DNA of 62,606 nucleotides. Origin: Acidobacteriota bacterium. GTDB taxonomy: Bacteria; Acidobacteriota; Vicinamibacteria; Fen-336. The notes under the pieces are model-generated. The model was not told the origin of the DNA. It saw only the letters and a list, made by a program, of their open reading frames with translations, and searched no databases. The position numbers and the translations under genes are program-made. How positions within the stretch are numbered: the first letter of the stretch is position 1; every line of letters starts with the position of its first letter. The stretch is taken from the NCBI GenBank assembly GCA_003222275.1, contig QHVJ01000149.1, positions 1 through 62,606 of the forward strand. Direction: 5' to 3'. Of this stretch, positions 38,596 to 47,488 are shown in pieces.

Positions 38596-40537
38596 ATGCG
38601 AACTCCTCTCTGAAGCCTTTGACGAATTGATCGTGGACGAGCTGGGTCGAGAGAACGCCGACGAGCGCCATGTTGTCCTTGATCCCGATGGCGCGCCCGT
38701 CGCGGAACTTCGCCACCAGCTTCTGGACCGTCACCGGATCGAAGATGCCGTCGTGCGCAATGCGTTCTGGCGAGAGCAGCTCGTCCACGTACTCGAGTCG
38801 GGCTCCACCGAAGAAGCACTTCCCTTCGGGGGCTCGATACGGTTGCTTGGGCCTGTTCCTCACGGATGGAGGCACCAGGCCGTCGGCGCAGCGCTTCAGC
38901 AGATATTTTTCGTTGAGGACCTTCATCTTCAGGCGCGGAGGGATCCGCGCCGCGAACTCCACCACACGGTGATCCAGGAAGGGGAACCGTGCCTCGACCG
39001 AATGGGCCATTGCCATCCGGTCGCCCTGGGAGGACAGGATGTAACCGGGAAGCAGATAGGCGGCTTCCAGGTACTGGGCCTGGCAGAGGCCATCCCAGCC
39101 GGAATAGCCGGCCGGCAGCGCTTCTCGCAGCTCCGCCAGACCATCGTAGGCGCCGATCTCCGATCGTACGGAGCCGGAAAACACCGTCTTGAGCTGGGAG
39201 GTCAGCTGCCATCGGGGCCGATGAGAGAAGAACTCGTCTTCCGTCTGGTCCCGTCGCGCGCCGAAGAAAGCCTGCAGGTAGGCGCCGGACTGCGACTGGA
39301 GATTCCCCAGGTAGGGATACAGCCTCTTCAGCAGCCGCGGCCTGAGCCTGGAGTCGGGACGGGCCGCGCAGAAGCGCCGGATCTTGGCTTCCTTGAATAT
39401 GTCGTAGCCGCCGAGCATCTCATCCGAGCCTTCTCCGGTCAGCACTACTTTGTAGCCATGCTTCCGGACCAGCCCGGAAAGGATGTAGAGCGGCGCCGGA
39501 GCCGTTCGCAGGATGGGCCGTTCCGCGTGCCAGACGACGCCCGGGAACACGCGGCCGATGTCGGCGAGGGTGCAACCCACCTCCTGATGGTGGGTCCCGA
39601 GGAAGCGCACGGCTTCGTTCTGATAGCGGGTCTCGTCGAACTCGGGATCGTCGAAGCCTATCGAGAAGGTCTTGAGGGGGGCCCCGGTGAACCTCCGGAT
39701 GAGGGCGGTGACGAGCGTGGAGTCCAGCCCGCCGCTGAGGTAGGCCCCCACCGGCACGTCCGAGCGAAGCCGGATGCGGGTCGCGTCGACCAGCAGCTCC
39801 AGGAGCTTCGCGGAATACTCTTCCTCGGTCCGGGCATCCTCCGGCGCGTCGTCTCCGCCCGCGCCGTAATCCAGCTGCCAATGCCGCGCCACCGTGATCC
39901 GGCCCTGTTGCACGGTCATGGAGTGTCCGGGCGGCAGCTCCCGGATGCCCTTGAACGTCGTCCGCGGCGGAATGGCGACCCAGAACGTGAAGATCTGGTC
40001 GAGCGCGACGGGATCGATCTCGCGGGACACGTGCGGGAGGGCAAAGATCGATTTCATCTCGGAGCCGAAGATCAAGGACTGGTCGGCGATGGTGTAGAAC
40101 AGTGGCCTCACGCCGAGCCGGTCGCGGGAAAGGAAGAGCCTCTCTCTCCGGCTGTCCCAGATCGCGAATGCCCATTGGCCGTTGAGGTGCCGAACGCACT
40201 CCTCCCCGCTCTCCTCGTAGAGACGCAGGATGACCTCGGTATCGCATTGAGTCCGGAACCGATGGCCTCTCCGCATCAGGTCCGCCCTCAGCTCGATGTA
40301 ATTGAAGATCTCTCCGTTGAACACGATCGAAACCGATTTGTCCTCGTTGTGCATCGGTTGGCCGCCGGAGGCCAGATCGATGATGCTGAGCCGAGCGTGG
40401 GCCAGCCCGACCTGCCTGTCGGTATGGCTGCCGCAGTCATCGGGCCCCCGGTGCCTGACCCGCTCGATCATCCGGTCGAGGAGGGCCGGCGCCACGGGCT
40501 GGCCGTTGAGGTTCACGATTCCGGCAATGCCGCACAT
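38555..40537 (-). CDS. asnB: Asparagine synthase-like amidotransferase 3 (ACP-cassette associated)
   Basis: MCGIAG, HRGPD, LSGGLDS, GEGSDE, SQGDRMAMAHSVEARFPFLDH. Confidence 0.93.
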   Translation of the reverse strand: MCGIAGIVNLNGQPVAPALLDRMIERVRHRGPDDCGSHTDRQVGLAHARLSIIDLASGGQPMHNEDKSVSIVFNGEIFNYIELRADLMRRGHRFRTQCDTEVILRLYEESGEECVRHLNGQWAFAIWDSRRERLFLSRDRLGVRPLFYTIADQSLIFGSEMKSIFALPHVSREIDPVALDQIFTFWVAIPPRTTFKGIRELPPGHSMTVQQGRITVARHWQLDYGAGGDDAPEDARTEEEYSAKLLELLVDATRIRLRSDVPVGAYLSGGLDSTLVTALIRRFTGAPLKTFSIGFDDPEFDETRYQNEAVRFLGTHHQEVGCTLADIGRVFPGVVWHAERPILRTAPAPLYILSGLVRKHGYKVVLTGEGSDEMLGGYDIFKEAKIRRFCAARPDSRLRPRLLKRLYPYLGNLQSQSGAYLQAFFGARRDQTEDEFFSHRPRWQLTSQLKTVFSGSVRSEIGAYDGLAELREALPAGYSGWDGLCQAQYLEAAYLLPGYILSSQGDRMAMAHSVEARFPFLDHRVVEFAARIPPRLKMKVLNEKYLLKRCADGLVPPSVRNRPKQPYRAPEGKCFFGGARLEYVDELLSPERIAHDGIFDPVTVQKLVAKFRDGRAIGIKDNMALVGVLSTQLVHDQFVKGFREEFAYAERRAGTAAICH

Positions 40538-40554
40538 GAAGACAGCTCTAGGGG

Positions 40555-41361
40555 CTAAGTGGACCGCGGTGCATTCGTCGCCCGCGCAGCGCCGATCGCC
40601 GGTTCCGTTCTCGCCGCCCGGGAACCCGACTCGGCTCTTTCCGCGCCTCGGGACTCCGCGGTTCCCCCGCCCGAGATCCAACGCGGCAACGAGGCCCGGT
40701 CGCCACGAATCGCCCTTCCCACGCAGATCGCCTTGCCGAATATCTGGATGACGAGGACTCGGCGGAAGAGCCTGAAGCCGAATCGCAAGTGGGTGTTCAT
40801 CGAAAGGCGCATGCCGTAGTCGACCAATCCGATGACCCTCTGCCGGTCCAGCCGTCCCATCAGGTCTCTCAGGTAGAGACAGTGGAACTTGAACCAGAGC
40901 CCGGCGAGGCGGTGTTCGGGGACGATGAAGATGTCGTACTCGTAGACGGTGTCACGCGGAACCTCGATCGGGCACGAGTAGCGCTCTTCCACGTAGAGCG
41001 GCCGGTCGCAGAACCACTGGTACCCCACGATGCGGCCATCCAGGACGGCGACCGCACACTGGTCGTTGGCCTTGAACCGGTTCAGGAACGCCAGCCGCTT
41101 GTCCTGACATTGCGTGAGCGCGTCCAGGTCCTCGAGCGTTCCCCTCCGGACTTCCGCCCGCCCCCGAAGGGAGCCGGGATGCTCCGGCGGAATGCCGACG
41201 TACTCCAGGAGATAGAGGCAGTTGACGTCCAGCGGCTTGAAGGGGATCCGCTGGAGCAGGCTCCTCACGTTCAGGAGAAGCGGACGACGGCGAAGCAGGC
41301 GCACGCGAGTGACGAGCGCCGGCCAGGACGTCCGCAGGATGGGGAGCAAAGCGCGGCTCAT
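40555..41361 (-). CDS. GNAT-fold protein
   Basis: AVLDGRIVGYQW, YDIFIVPEHRLAGL (motif A-like) and SMNTHLRFGF (motif B-like). Confidence 0.65.
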   Translation of the reverse strand: MSRALLPILRTSWPALVTRVRLLRRRPLLLNVRSLLQRIPFKPLDVNCLYLLEYVGIPPEHPGSLRGRAEVRRGTLEDLDALTQCQDKRLAFLNRFKANDQCAVAVLDGRIVGYQWFCDRPLYVEERYSCPIEVPRDTVYEYDIFIVPEHRLAGLWFKFHCLYLRDLMGRLDRQRVIGLVDYGMRLSMNTHLRFGFRLFRRVLVIQIFGKAICVGRAIRGDRASLPRWISGGGTAESRGAERAESGSRAARTEPAIGAARATNAPRST

Positions 41362-41365
41362 CGGT

Positions 41366-41989
41366 TCAGGGCTTCACGGCCTCGAGGGTGACTTGCAGCT
41401 CCTCGATGCCACCGATCAGGTAGCAGAGGTACCTTTCGCTGAACGTAGGGTGCCGGTCGAGCACCCATTGCACCGCACGTCCCCAGGCCCGCTGGGGCCC
41501 CGGCCACAGCTCCTCTTCCATGAAGTACTTCAGGCGGACGCCTGCGACCCGGAAGCGCGCATGCGTGTAGTACGAGTAGCCGTTCTCACCGAAGTAGTGA
41601 AAGGACTGCGAGGTGAAGGCGCGGCGGTGGGTCGGGTCGATCCAGGCGTACGGTCCGGAATAGTGGGGCGTACGGATGAGGACACGACCCCCGGACCGCG
41701 TCAGCCGCCACACCTCCTCCATCAGGGGCAGCGGGTCCGCGAAGTGCTCGATCACGTGGTGGAGGACGACCTCGTCGGCGCAGCCGTCGGGGAGTGGATA
41801 GGGCCTCGCGGTCAGGTCGTGGACCAGGTCCACTCCCGGCAGGCCGACGGTGTCGACGCCGAATGCGCCTTCGGTCTTGCGCGCGCCGCAGCCCAGGTCG
41901 AATACGGCCGGCGTCCCCTCCTGCCTCCGCTGGCGCAGGTAGGCCTCGACCGGGCCCTCGAAGCCGGTACGCGCGAGCGAGGATTTCAT
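41366..41989 (-). CDS. SAM-dependent methyltransferase (Methyltransf_11-like, glycan-locus type)
   Basis: FDLGCG, VDLVHDL, HHVIEH and DPTH motifs; ATGA overlap with the upstream gene. Confidence 0.85.
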   Translation of the reverse strand: MKSSLARTGFEGPVEAYLRQRRQEGTPAVFDLGCGARKTEGAFGVDTVGLPGVDLVHDLTARPYPLPDGCADEVVLHHVIEHFADPLPLMEEVWRLTRSGGRVLIRTPHYSGPYAWIDPTHRRAFTSQSFHYFGENGYSYYTHARFRVAGVRLKYFMEEELWPGPQRAWGRAVQWVLDRHPTFSERYLCYLIGGIEELQVTLEAVKP

Positions 41990-44892
41990 CGCAGGAAAGC
42001 CTGAAGGGACATCGGGTCGGCGAGGGCCCGCGCCAGCGATTCCAGCGGATGGCGGTCGGCCGCCTTCAGCAGGTCCCAGAACAGTCCGTCGGCCGGCGCA
42101 GGGGCGCCACGCTCGCAGCGGGGGCAGCGGTCCTCGTGCGGATGCACGATCGATCGCACGGCGCTCAGCAGCCCCGGCTGATACGTGGCGCCGGCGATGC
42201 GGCAACCCAGCATGCGCGCGGTGGACTTGGTCGAGATGTGCCTCGGCGCGAACGAGCGGGAGGCGACGCGGAACATGGCCAGGTCCGCCTCCGAGTCGCC
42301 GATGGCGACGGTCTCGGCGTCCTCGATCCCGGCCAGGGCGAGCAGCGCCCGCAGGCCCTTCCCCTTGTCCACCTCTCGCGCCAGCACCGTGCTGTCGACG
42401 TACGTCTGGTGCAGCCGCAGGCGGTCCAGGCCCAGGTCGGCGATGGTCCCGTCGACGATCGCCTTCGGCAGCGGGATCGTACGGCCGCCCTCGTAGCTGT
42501 AGGCACGCAGCGAGTGGCGGTAGCGGTCGTTGAGGAAGACTCCGGGTATCCTCCGCAGGGCGCGCGCGAGCCGCTGCAGCTGGTCGCGCGACTCTTCCGT
42601 CACCAGCACGTGGGTGCGGTCCGACACGCGGTCCCAGGCGACGCTGCCGTATTCGGCGACCCCGCCCGCGCAGCCATAGGTCCGGCTGTACTCCCGGATC
42701 TCGTCGAGCGTCCGCGCGGAGTTGAGGGCGACGGCCAGCCCGTGGGCGTGCAGGGTCGCGAGCGCCTCGATGCCGGCCGCGGTCGTGGAGGGAAAGCCGA
42801 AGATCATCTTGTCGACGACGCCATCGACGTCGAGGACCACCAGCGGCGAGCGCCAGGCGGGAGCGTCGGGCGCCCCGCACCGCCGCCCGCAGAAGCGCGC
42901 CGTGTGGACCGTGAGGAAGTCCGCGGCTTCGATGTATGTCTGGTTGAACTCCTGGTGGCGGTGTCTCAGCCGCGGATCGCGAAGGTTCGACATGGCGCTC
43001 TTGAGCGCGTAGATGCCGGCGACCAGCTTGTAGGGGAAGAGGCGGCCCTCGACGTCCTCGTCGCCCGAGGCCTGGCGGTACCGTTGGATCAGGACCCGCT
43101 CCTCGGCCGCGGAGAGGCCCAGGTTCATGGACGTCTCGGCGAGGTCGTAGGCCGGATCGGTGAGGTTGAGCTCGGTCTTGCCCATGCCGTGATGCTCGAA
43201 GTCGGTCTTGAGGAAGCATCCGGGCCCCTGGACCCACTCCAGCAGCCGCATCTTCGCGTCGATCAGCGTAGGGACCGGGCAGGCCCGGCGCGCCAGCTCG
43301 CGGCACAGTCGGGCCCGCTTCAGCACCCCCGCGTGCTTCGATCCGAACGCCCGACTCAGCTCGCCGGCCAGCAACACCATGCCCTTCAGGTGATGCCGGT
43401 CCAGCTCGGGCTGCGGGTCGGTGGGCAGGCCGAGCCGTTTGACGCGCGCGGCGACGTAGGACGCGGCGCGGAGCACCAGCTCTTCGCGATCACGGGGCAG
43501 GGCCGGGGCGACGCCGTCCGGCAGCCACTCGAGATAGAGGACGCCGCCGCGAAGCCCGAGCAGCGGCGGCACGAACTCCGCCAGCCGCTCCGCGACGAGG
43601 AAGGCGTGGTAGCCCAGCCAGCCCCAGCCCACGCTCTTGGCGAGCACGAAGCGCGTCTCGGAGCGCCCGTTCCGGTCCCGCAGGCGCACCTCGTACACCC
43701 GCTTGAGCCGGCTGTGGAACTTCTCCTCCGAGAGACGCTGCAGGCGATGGTTGAAGCGCTCCGCCTCGCGGCTGGGGCATACCTCGACCTCGGCGTAGCC
43801 GCGCGCCGCGAAGTACTCCTGCATCTGCTGCGCGACCGGCTCCGGATCGAGCCGCCTGTGCTTGTGCCACTGCTCGGGCTCGAGCGTGATCACGGTCGTG
43901 CGGAGGAGGGGCAGGCACTCGGAGGCCTCGTTCCAGTCCCGGCGCGTCGGGTGGACGGGAAGCAGCAGCACGGTGTTCGGCGGCGGCACGCCGGCCCGGG
44001 CCAGCAGGTCGCTCGTGCAGGCGAGCGTCGCGCCCGTGTTGGCCGGCTCGTCGACGACGACCGCCAGGCCCTGGCGGGTCGCACAGCGCGCGAGCGCGGC
44101 CTGCTCCCACGGCGCGACGCCCGTCTTCGGACGCAGCGTGGCCGCCTCCACGTCGCGGTAGCCGCGAAGCTTCAGCCAAGCGCAGACGAGGGGGGCGAAG
44201 TAGGAGCCCGCGGTGCGCAGGCCCAGGGCCAGGACGGGGCGTCCGCGGTCCGGAAAGGCGGCGACGAAACGATCGGCCAGCTCGATGACGTCGTGGTGGG
44301 CGAGGTCCTGCGTGCGGAAGGCCGCCGGCACCTTGACCCGGCGGCGGGACAGGGCCTCCGGCAGCTCGTGGTCGAGGAGGCCGGCCAGGGCGGCCCCGCG
44401 GGAAGCCATCGCCGCACGATCGACGTGACCGTCGCCCAGCCAGGCTTGGAGGAACTCGACCTGGGCCGAGCCCCAGGCGCCACGCCACCTGCGGAGGCCC
44501 GACTGCCCGCGCGCGCGGTAGCGGCGCCGCGCGTCCAGCACCCGCTGCAGGGCGCCCGTCAGCGCGCCCATGCCCGGCAGTACCGTCGCCGGCGAGAAGT
44601 CGTAGCTCTCTCCGGCCACGTAATCGTCCACGGCGTCGGCCGCGGCGCACGAAAGCATGAAGGCGTTGAGCGCGATCTCCTGCCGCTGCCAGTCTTCGAT
44701 CGCCTCTCCCAGGCGCGACAGCTCGTCGCGGAGGCGGCGGCTCACGTCCCGGACCGTCGGGAAGACGTCGAGACACCAGGCGTATCCCGCGTAGAAGCTC
44801 GACTCGGTCTTCAGTGGCGCGGCCGGCAACGGTCGAAGCTCGCGCTCTGCGGTCGCGGGCGCGGGCCAGGCCGCACGGTCCAGGCTCATCAT
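41986..44892 (-). CDS. Multidomain protein: type I PRTase-like + APH/choline kinase-like + Cof-type HAD phosphatase
   Basis: VLALGLRTAG and AVVVDEPANTGATL (PRTase-like); LAKSVG, KTDFEH and DPAYDLA (kinase-like); LDVDG, NSAR, DKGKG and IGDSEAD (HAD IIB). AAGGAG RBS before ATG 44892; alternative start at 44916. Confidence 0.7.
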   Translation of the reverse strand: MMSLDRAAWPAPATAERELRPLPAAPLKTESSFYAGYAWCLDVFPTVRDVSRRLRDELSRLGEAIEDWQRQEIALNAFMLSCAAADAVDDYVAGESYDFSPATVLPGMGALTGALQRVLDARRRYRARGQSGLRRWRGAWGSAQVEFLQAWLGDGHVDRAAMASRGAALAGLLDHELPEALSRRRVKVPAAFRTQDLAHHDVIELADRFVAAFPDRGRPVLALGLRTAGSYFAPLVCAWLKLRGYRDVEAATLRPKTGVAPWEQAALARCATRQGLAVVVDEPANTGATLACTSDLLARAGVPPPNTVLLLPVHPTRRDWNEASECLPLLRTTVITLEPEQWHKHRRLDPEPVAQQMQEYFAARGYAEVEVCPSREAERFNHRLQRLSEEKFHSRLKRVYEVRLRDRNGRSETRFVLAKSVGWGWLGYHAFLVAERLAEFVPPLLGLRGGVLYLEWLPDGVAPALPRDREELVLRAASYVAARVKRLGLPTDPQPELDRHHLKGMVLLAGELSRAFGSKHAGVLKRARLCRELARRACPVPTLIDAKMRLLEWVQGPGCFLKTDFEHHGMGKTELNLTDPAYDLAETSMNLGLSAAEERVLIQRYRQASGDEDVEGRLFPYKLVAGIYALKSAMSNLRDPRLRHRHQEFNQTYIEAADFLTVHTARFCGRRCGAPDAPAWRSPLVVLDVDGVVDKMIFGFPSTTAAGIEALATLHAHGLAVALNSARTLDEIREYSRTYGCAGGVAEYGSVAWDRVSDRTHVLVTEESRDQLQRLARALRRIPGVFLNDRYRHSLRAYSYEGGRTIPLPKAIVDGTIADLGLDRLRLHQTYVDSTVLAREVDKGKGLRALLALAGIEDAETVAIGDSEADLAMFRVASRSFAPRHISTKSTARMLGCRIAGATYQPGLLSAVRSIVHPHEDRCPRCERGAPAPADGLFWDLLKAADRHPLESLARALADPMSLQAFLR

Positions 44893-44915
44893 GGGTACTC
44901 CTTCCCCGGCCGACA

Positions 44916-46154
44916 TCAGGCCGTGCTCTCCTCTGGGTTCGACACCACGCACCGGCCTTTTTTCGCAAGCAGGGACCGATAGAACTGCTGCGTGTCCCGC
45001 ACCATCCGCTCCTCCGAGAAGCGCTCCTCCACTCGCTCGCGCCCGGCCCGGCCGAACCGGTGGGCCAGGCCTTCGTCGTCGAGCAGGGTGCATATGGCCC
45101 CCGCCAGCGCCGCGGAATCCCCGGGCGGCACCAGCAAGCCGGTCACACCGTCCTTCACCGCCTCGGCGTTGCCGCCGACCGCCGTCGCGACCACGGGGAC
45201 GCCCGCCGCCATCGATTCGAGGATGGCGTTGGAAAGACCCTCGCTCAGGGATGGAAGAACCGAAACCGTCACTTCCCCCAGCAACTCCGGCACGTCGTCC
45301 CGCAAGCCGGTGAACACCACGAGATCACCGAGGCCGAGACGGGCGGCGTGGGCCTTGAGCTCGCGCTTGTAGGGACCCTCGACGATCACGCCATCCTGGA
45401 CGACGCGGCCTTCACCCACGACCGCGAAGCGCGCGTGCGGGAAGCGCGTCGCTACGCGGGCCGCCGCTTCCAGGAAGTGCTCGACGCCCTTGAGGCGGTT
45501 CAAGCGGCAGAAGACCGCAACCAGCGGGGCCTGGGGGGAGAAGCCCAGCTCGCTCCGCCGCCGGCCATTGCCGTTCCGGGGCCCGAACTTGGACAGCGTG
45601 ACGCCGTTGCCGATGACGGTGATGCGGTCACCGTCCCAGCCTTCTCCGACCAGCCGTTGCTTGACCGCCTCCGCGTTCACGAGGATGGCGTCGGCGAGCC
45701 GGCAGACGAGGCGTTGCACACGGCGCTGGTTGGGCGTGAGGTGATCGCCGGTGTCGCGGATCGAGGCCACGATCGCGTGCACGCCGGCGAGCCGGGCGGC
45801 CGGGATGGCGAAGACGTTCGCGTAGAACCCATACGAGTGCACGACGTCGACGTCGCGCTCGCGCAGATCGCGGGCGAACCGGAGCTGCTGGCCCACGGTC
45901 CGGCTGCCGTAGAGGCGTTTGATCTCGTACTTCGTCAATGGACTCCGCGTGCTTTCGATGTCGGCGAGGAACTCGCCCATCACCCGGAAACAAGCGAAGT
46001 GCGGCTCGAACCGGGAGCGGTCGAGCCCCTGAGCGAGATTGAAGGCCTGGCGCTCGGTGCCACCCATCGCGAACGAGGCCAGGAACTGGAGCACCCTCAC
46101 GACGTCCGCGCCGTGCGCGTCCGCTCTTCCATGGAGCGCCGGTCCGGCGCTCAT
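44916..46154 (-). CDS. GT4 glycosyltransferase
   Basis: GGTERQ, RLNRLKG and SEGLSNAILESMAAGVPVV motifs. Confidence 0.92.
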   Translation of the reverse strand: MSAGPALHGRADAHGADVVRVLQFLASFAMGGTERQAFNLAQGLDRSRFEPHFACFRVMGEFLADIESTRSPLTKYEIKRLYGSRTVGQQLRFARDLRERDVDVVHSYGFYANVFAIPAARLAGVHAIVASIRDTGDHLTPNQRRVQRLVCRLADAILVNAEAVKQRLVGEGWDGDRITVIGNGVTLSKFGPRNGNGRRRSELGFSPQAPLVAVFCRLNRLKGVEHFLEAAARVATRFPHARFAVVGEGRVVQDGVIVEGPYKRELKAHAARLGLGDLVVFTGLRDDVPELLGEVTVSVLPSLSEGLSNAILESMAAGVPVVATAVGGNAEAVKDGVTGLLVPPGDSAALAGAICTLLDDEGLAHRFGRAGRERVEERFSEERMVRDTQQFYRSLLAKKGRCVVSNPEESTA

Positions 46155-47488
46155 GACGCGCACGCCATCGGCTGGCCGGCGCCGGCGGCCGTAAGCCGGC
46201 GGTGGATGGAGCCCGCCGCCACCGCCAGCCCCGCGAGGTAGTAGAAATAAAAGAGGTAGGCGACGGGCGCGAAGAGGGCGCCGATACCAAAGCTCAACAG
46301 CGCGATCTCGATGCCTTCGGCCAGGCAGGACAGCCGGCCCCCGGGATCACCGGCGGGCGCCCGGTGGATGCGCCGCACCCTGCGCACGCAGGACACGAAG
46401 AGCAGGACGAACAGCGCGAGCCCGGGCAGTCCGAGGTCGACGGCATACTCGAGGCAGATGTTGTGCACTTGCGTCCAGGTGACTCCCCTCACGCCGTTGA
46501 GGGCTTCGGTGTCCATGCCGATCCCGGCGCCGACGAACGGGTTGGCCATCACGTATCGCACGGCGGCCTGCGTGTCTTCCCAACGTGACTGGGCCGAGCC
46601 CGTAGGGTCGCTGTCGATGTCGGTGATCGTGGCCAGGCGAGCCATGTACGAGCCGGGCAGCAGGGTCATGCCGGCCACGCCGGCCACGAACGCGGCCAGC
46701 ACCCAGCCCGTCAAGCCCCGCCGGACCAGGCGCCACAGGTAGAGGGCGACGCAGGTCGCCAGGCTGAGGAACCCGGCCCGCGAGAAGGTCACGATCACCG
46801 CCGCCGCCTCCAGCAACACGACCACCACCAGCACGCTCCGAGCGAGCGCGCCGCGGCTGGACAGCAACAGCGCCACGCCGAGGGGGAGCAGCAGGTTCAG
46901 CATCAGGGCGAGGTCGTTGGGGTTGGCCGTGAGTCCCGCTTCGTATCCCAGGATCCGGTTCGAGCCCAGGAACTCGCCGGACATGAAGTTCTTCAGTCCC
47001 GTCAGCGCCAGCGGAACGGCCATGGCCGTGAGGCTCCAGGCCAGCGTCCGCAGTCGGTCTACGGTGTCCACGGTGTTGGCCAGCAGCCAGAAGATCGCCA
47101 CCGTCTTGAAGTAGGCGTCGAGGAGGAACGACACGCTTCCCCCCGGCCAAAGCGACCAGGGCACGGTGACCACGGACCAGGCCAGGAGCACCGCCACCAG
47201 CACCATCTCCCTGCCCATGACCGTCACCGGGCGCCCGTGAGCGAGCCGCTCGACGAGCTGCGCCGCGATGCCGACCGCCGCGGCGACGAGCGCGATGCGA
47301 AACGGCTGCAGGGCCGGAACGAAGCTTTGCGGCGCCAGCACCAGGATGAACGTGAATACCAGGAGGGCCCGGAATGCCAGCCGGCTACCCGTGGTGCCGG
47401 ACGCGGCCACGGGGGCGCTCGGCCACGCCGATCCGATCGCGGGCGCCGGCTGCGGCCGCCACCATTCGGCCTGCGGGAGAAGCGTCAT
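46151..47488 (-). CDS. Wzy polymerase / O-antigen ligase family protein
   Basis: Polytopic; NPNDLA, TFSRAG, SAQSR..., NPFVGAG and HNICLEY motifs. Confidence 0.88.
   Translation of the reverse strand: MTLLPQAEWWRPQPAPAIGSAWPSAPVAASGTTGSRLAFRALLVFTFILVLAPQSFVPALQPFRIALVAAAVGIAAQLVERLAHGRPVTVMGREMVLVAVLLAWSVVTVPWSLWPGGSVSFLLDAYFKTVAIFWLLANTVDTVDRLRTLAWSLTAMAVPLALTGLKNFMSGEFLGSNRILGYEAGLTANPNDLALMLNLLLPLGVALLLSSRGALARSVLVVVVLLEAAAVIVTFSRAGFLSLATCVALYLWRLVRRGLTGWVLAAFVAGVAGMTLLPGSYMARLATITDIDSDPTGSAQSRWEDTQAAVRYVMANPFVGAGIGMDTEALNGVRGVTWTQVHNICLEYAVDLGLPGLALFVLLFVSCVRRVRRIHRAPAGDPGGRLSCLAEGIEIALLSFGIGALFAPVAYLFYFYYLAGLAVAAGSIHRRLTAAGAGQPMACAS

Noticed and set aside
34407-40537. NRPS/PKS secondary metabolite cluster
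   Set aside because: No condensation, ketosynthase or thioesterase domain, and the genes are coupled into the EPS operon. Kept instead as a polysaccharide tailoring hypothesis.
41794-44982. 1062-aa plus-strand ORF
   Set aside because: Antisense shadow of the tri-domain gene; no recognisable motifs.
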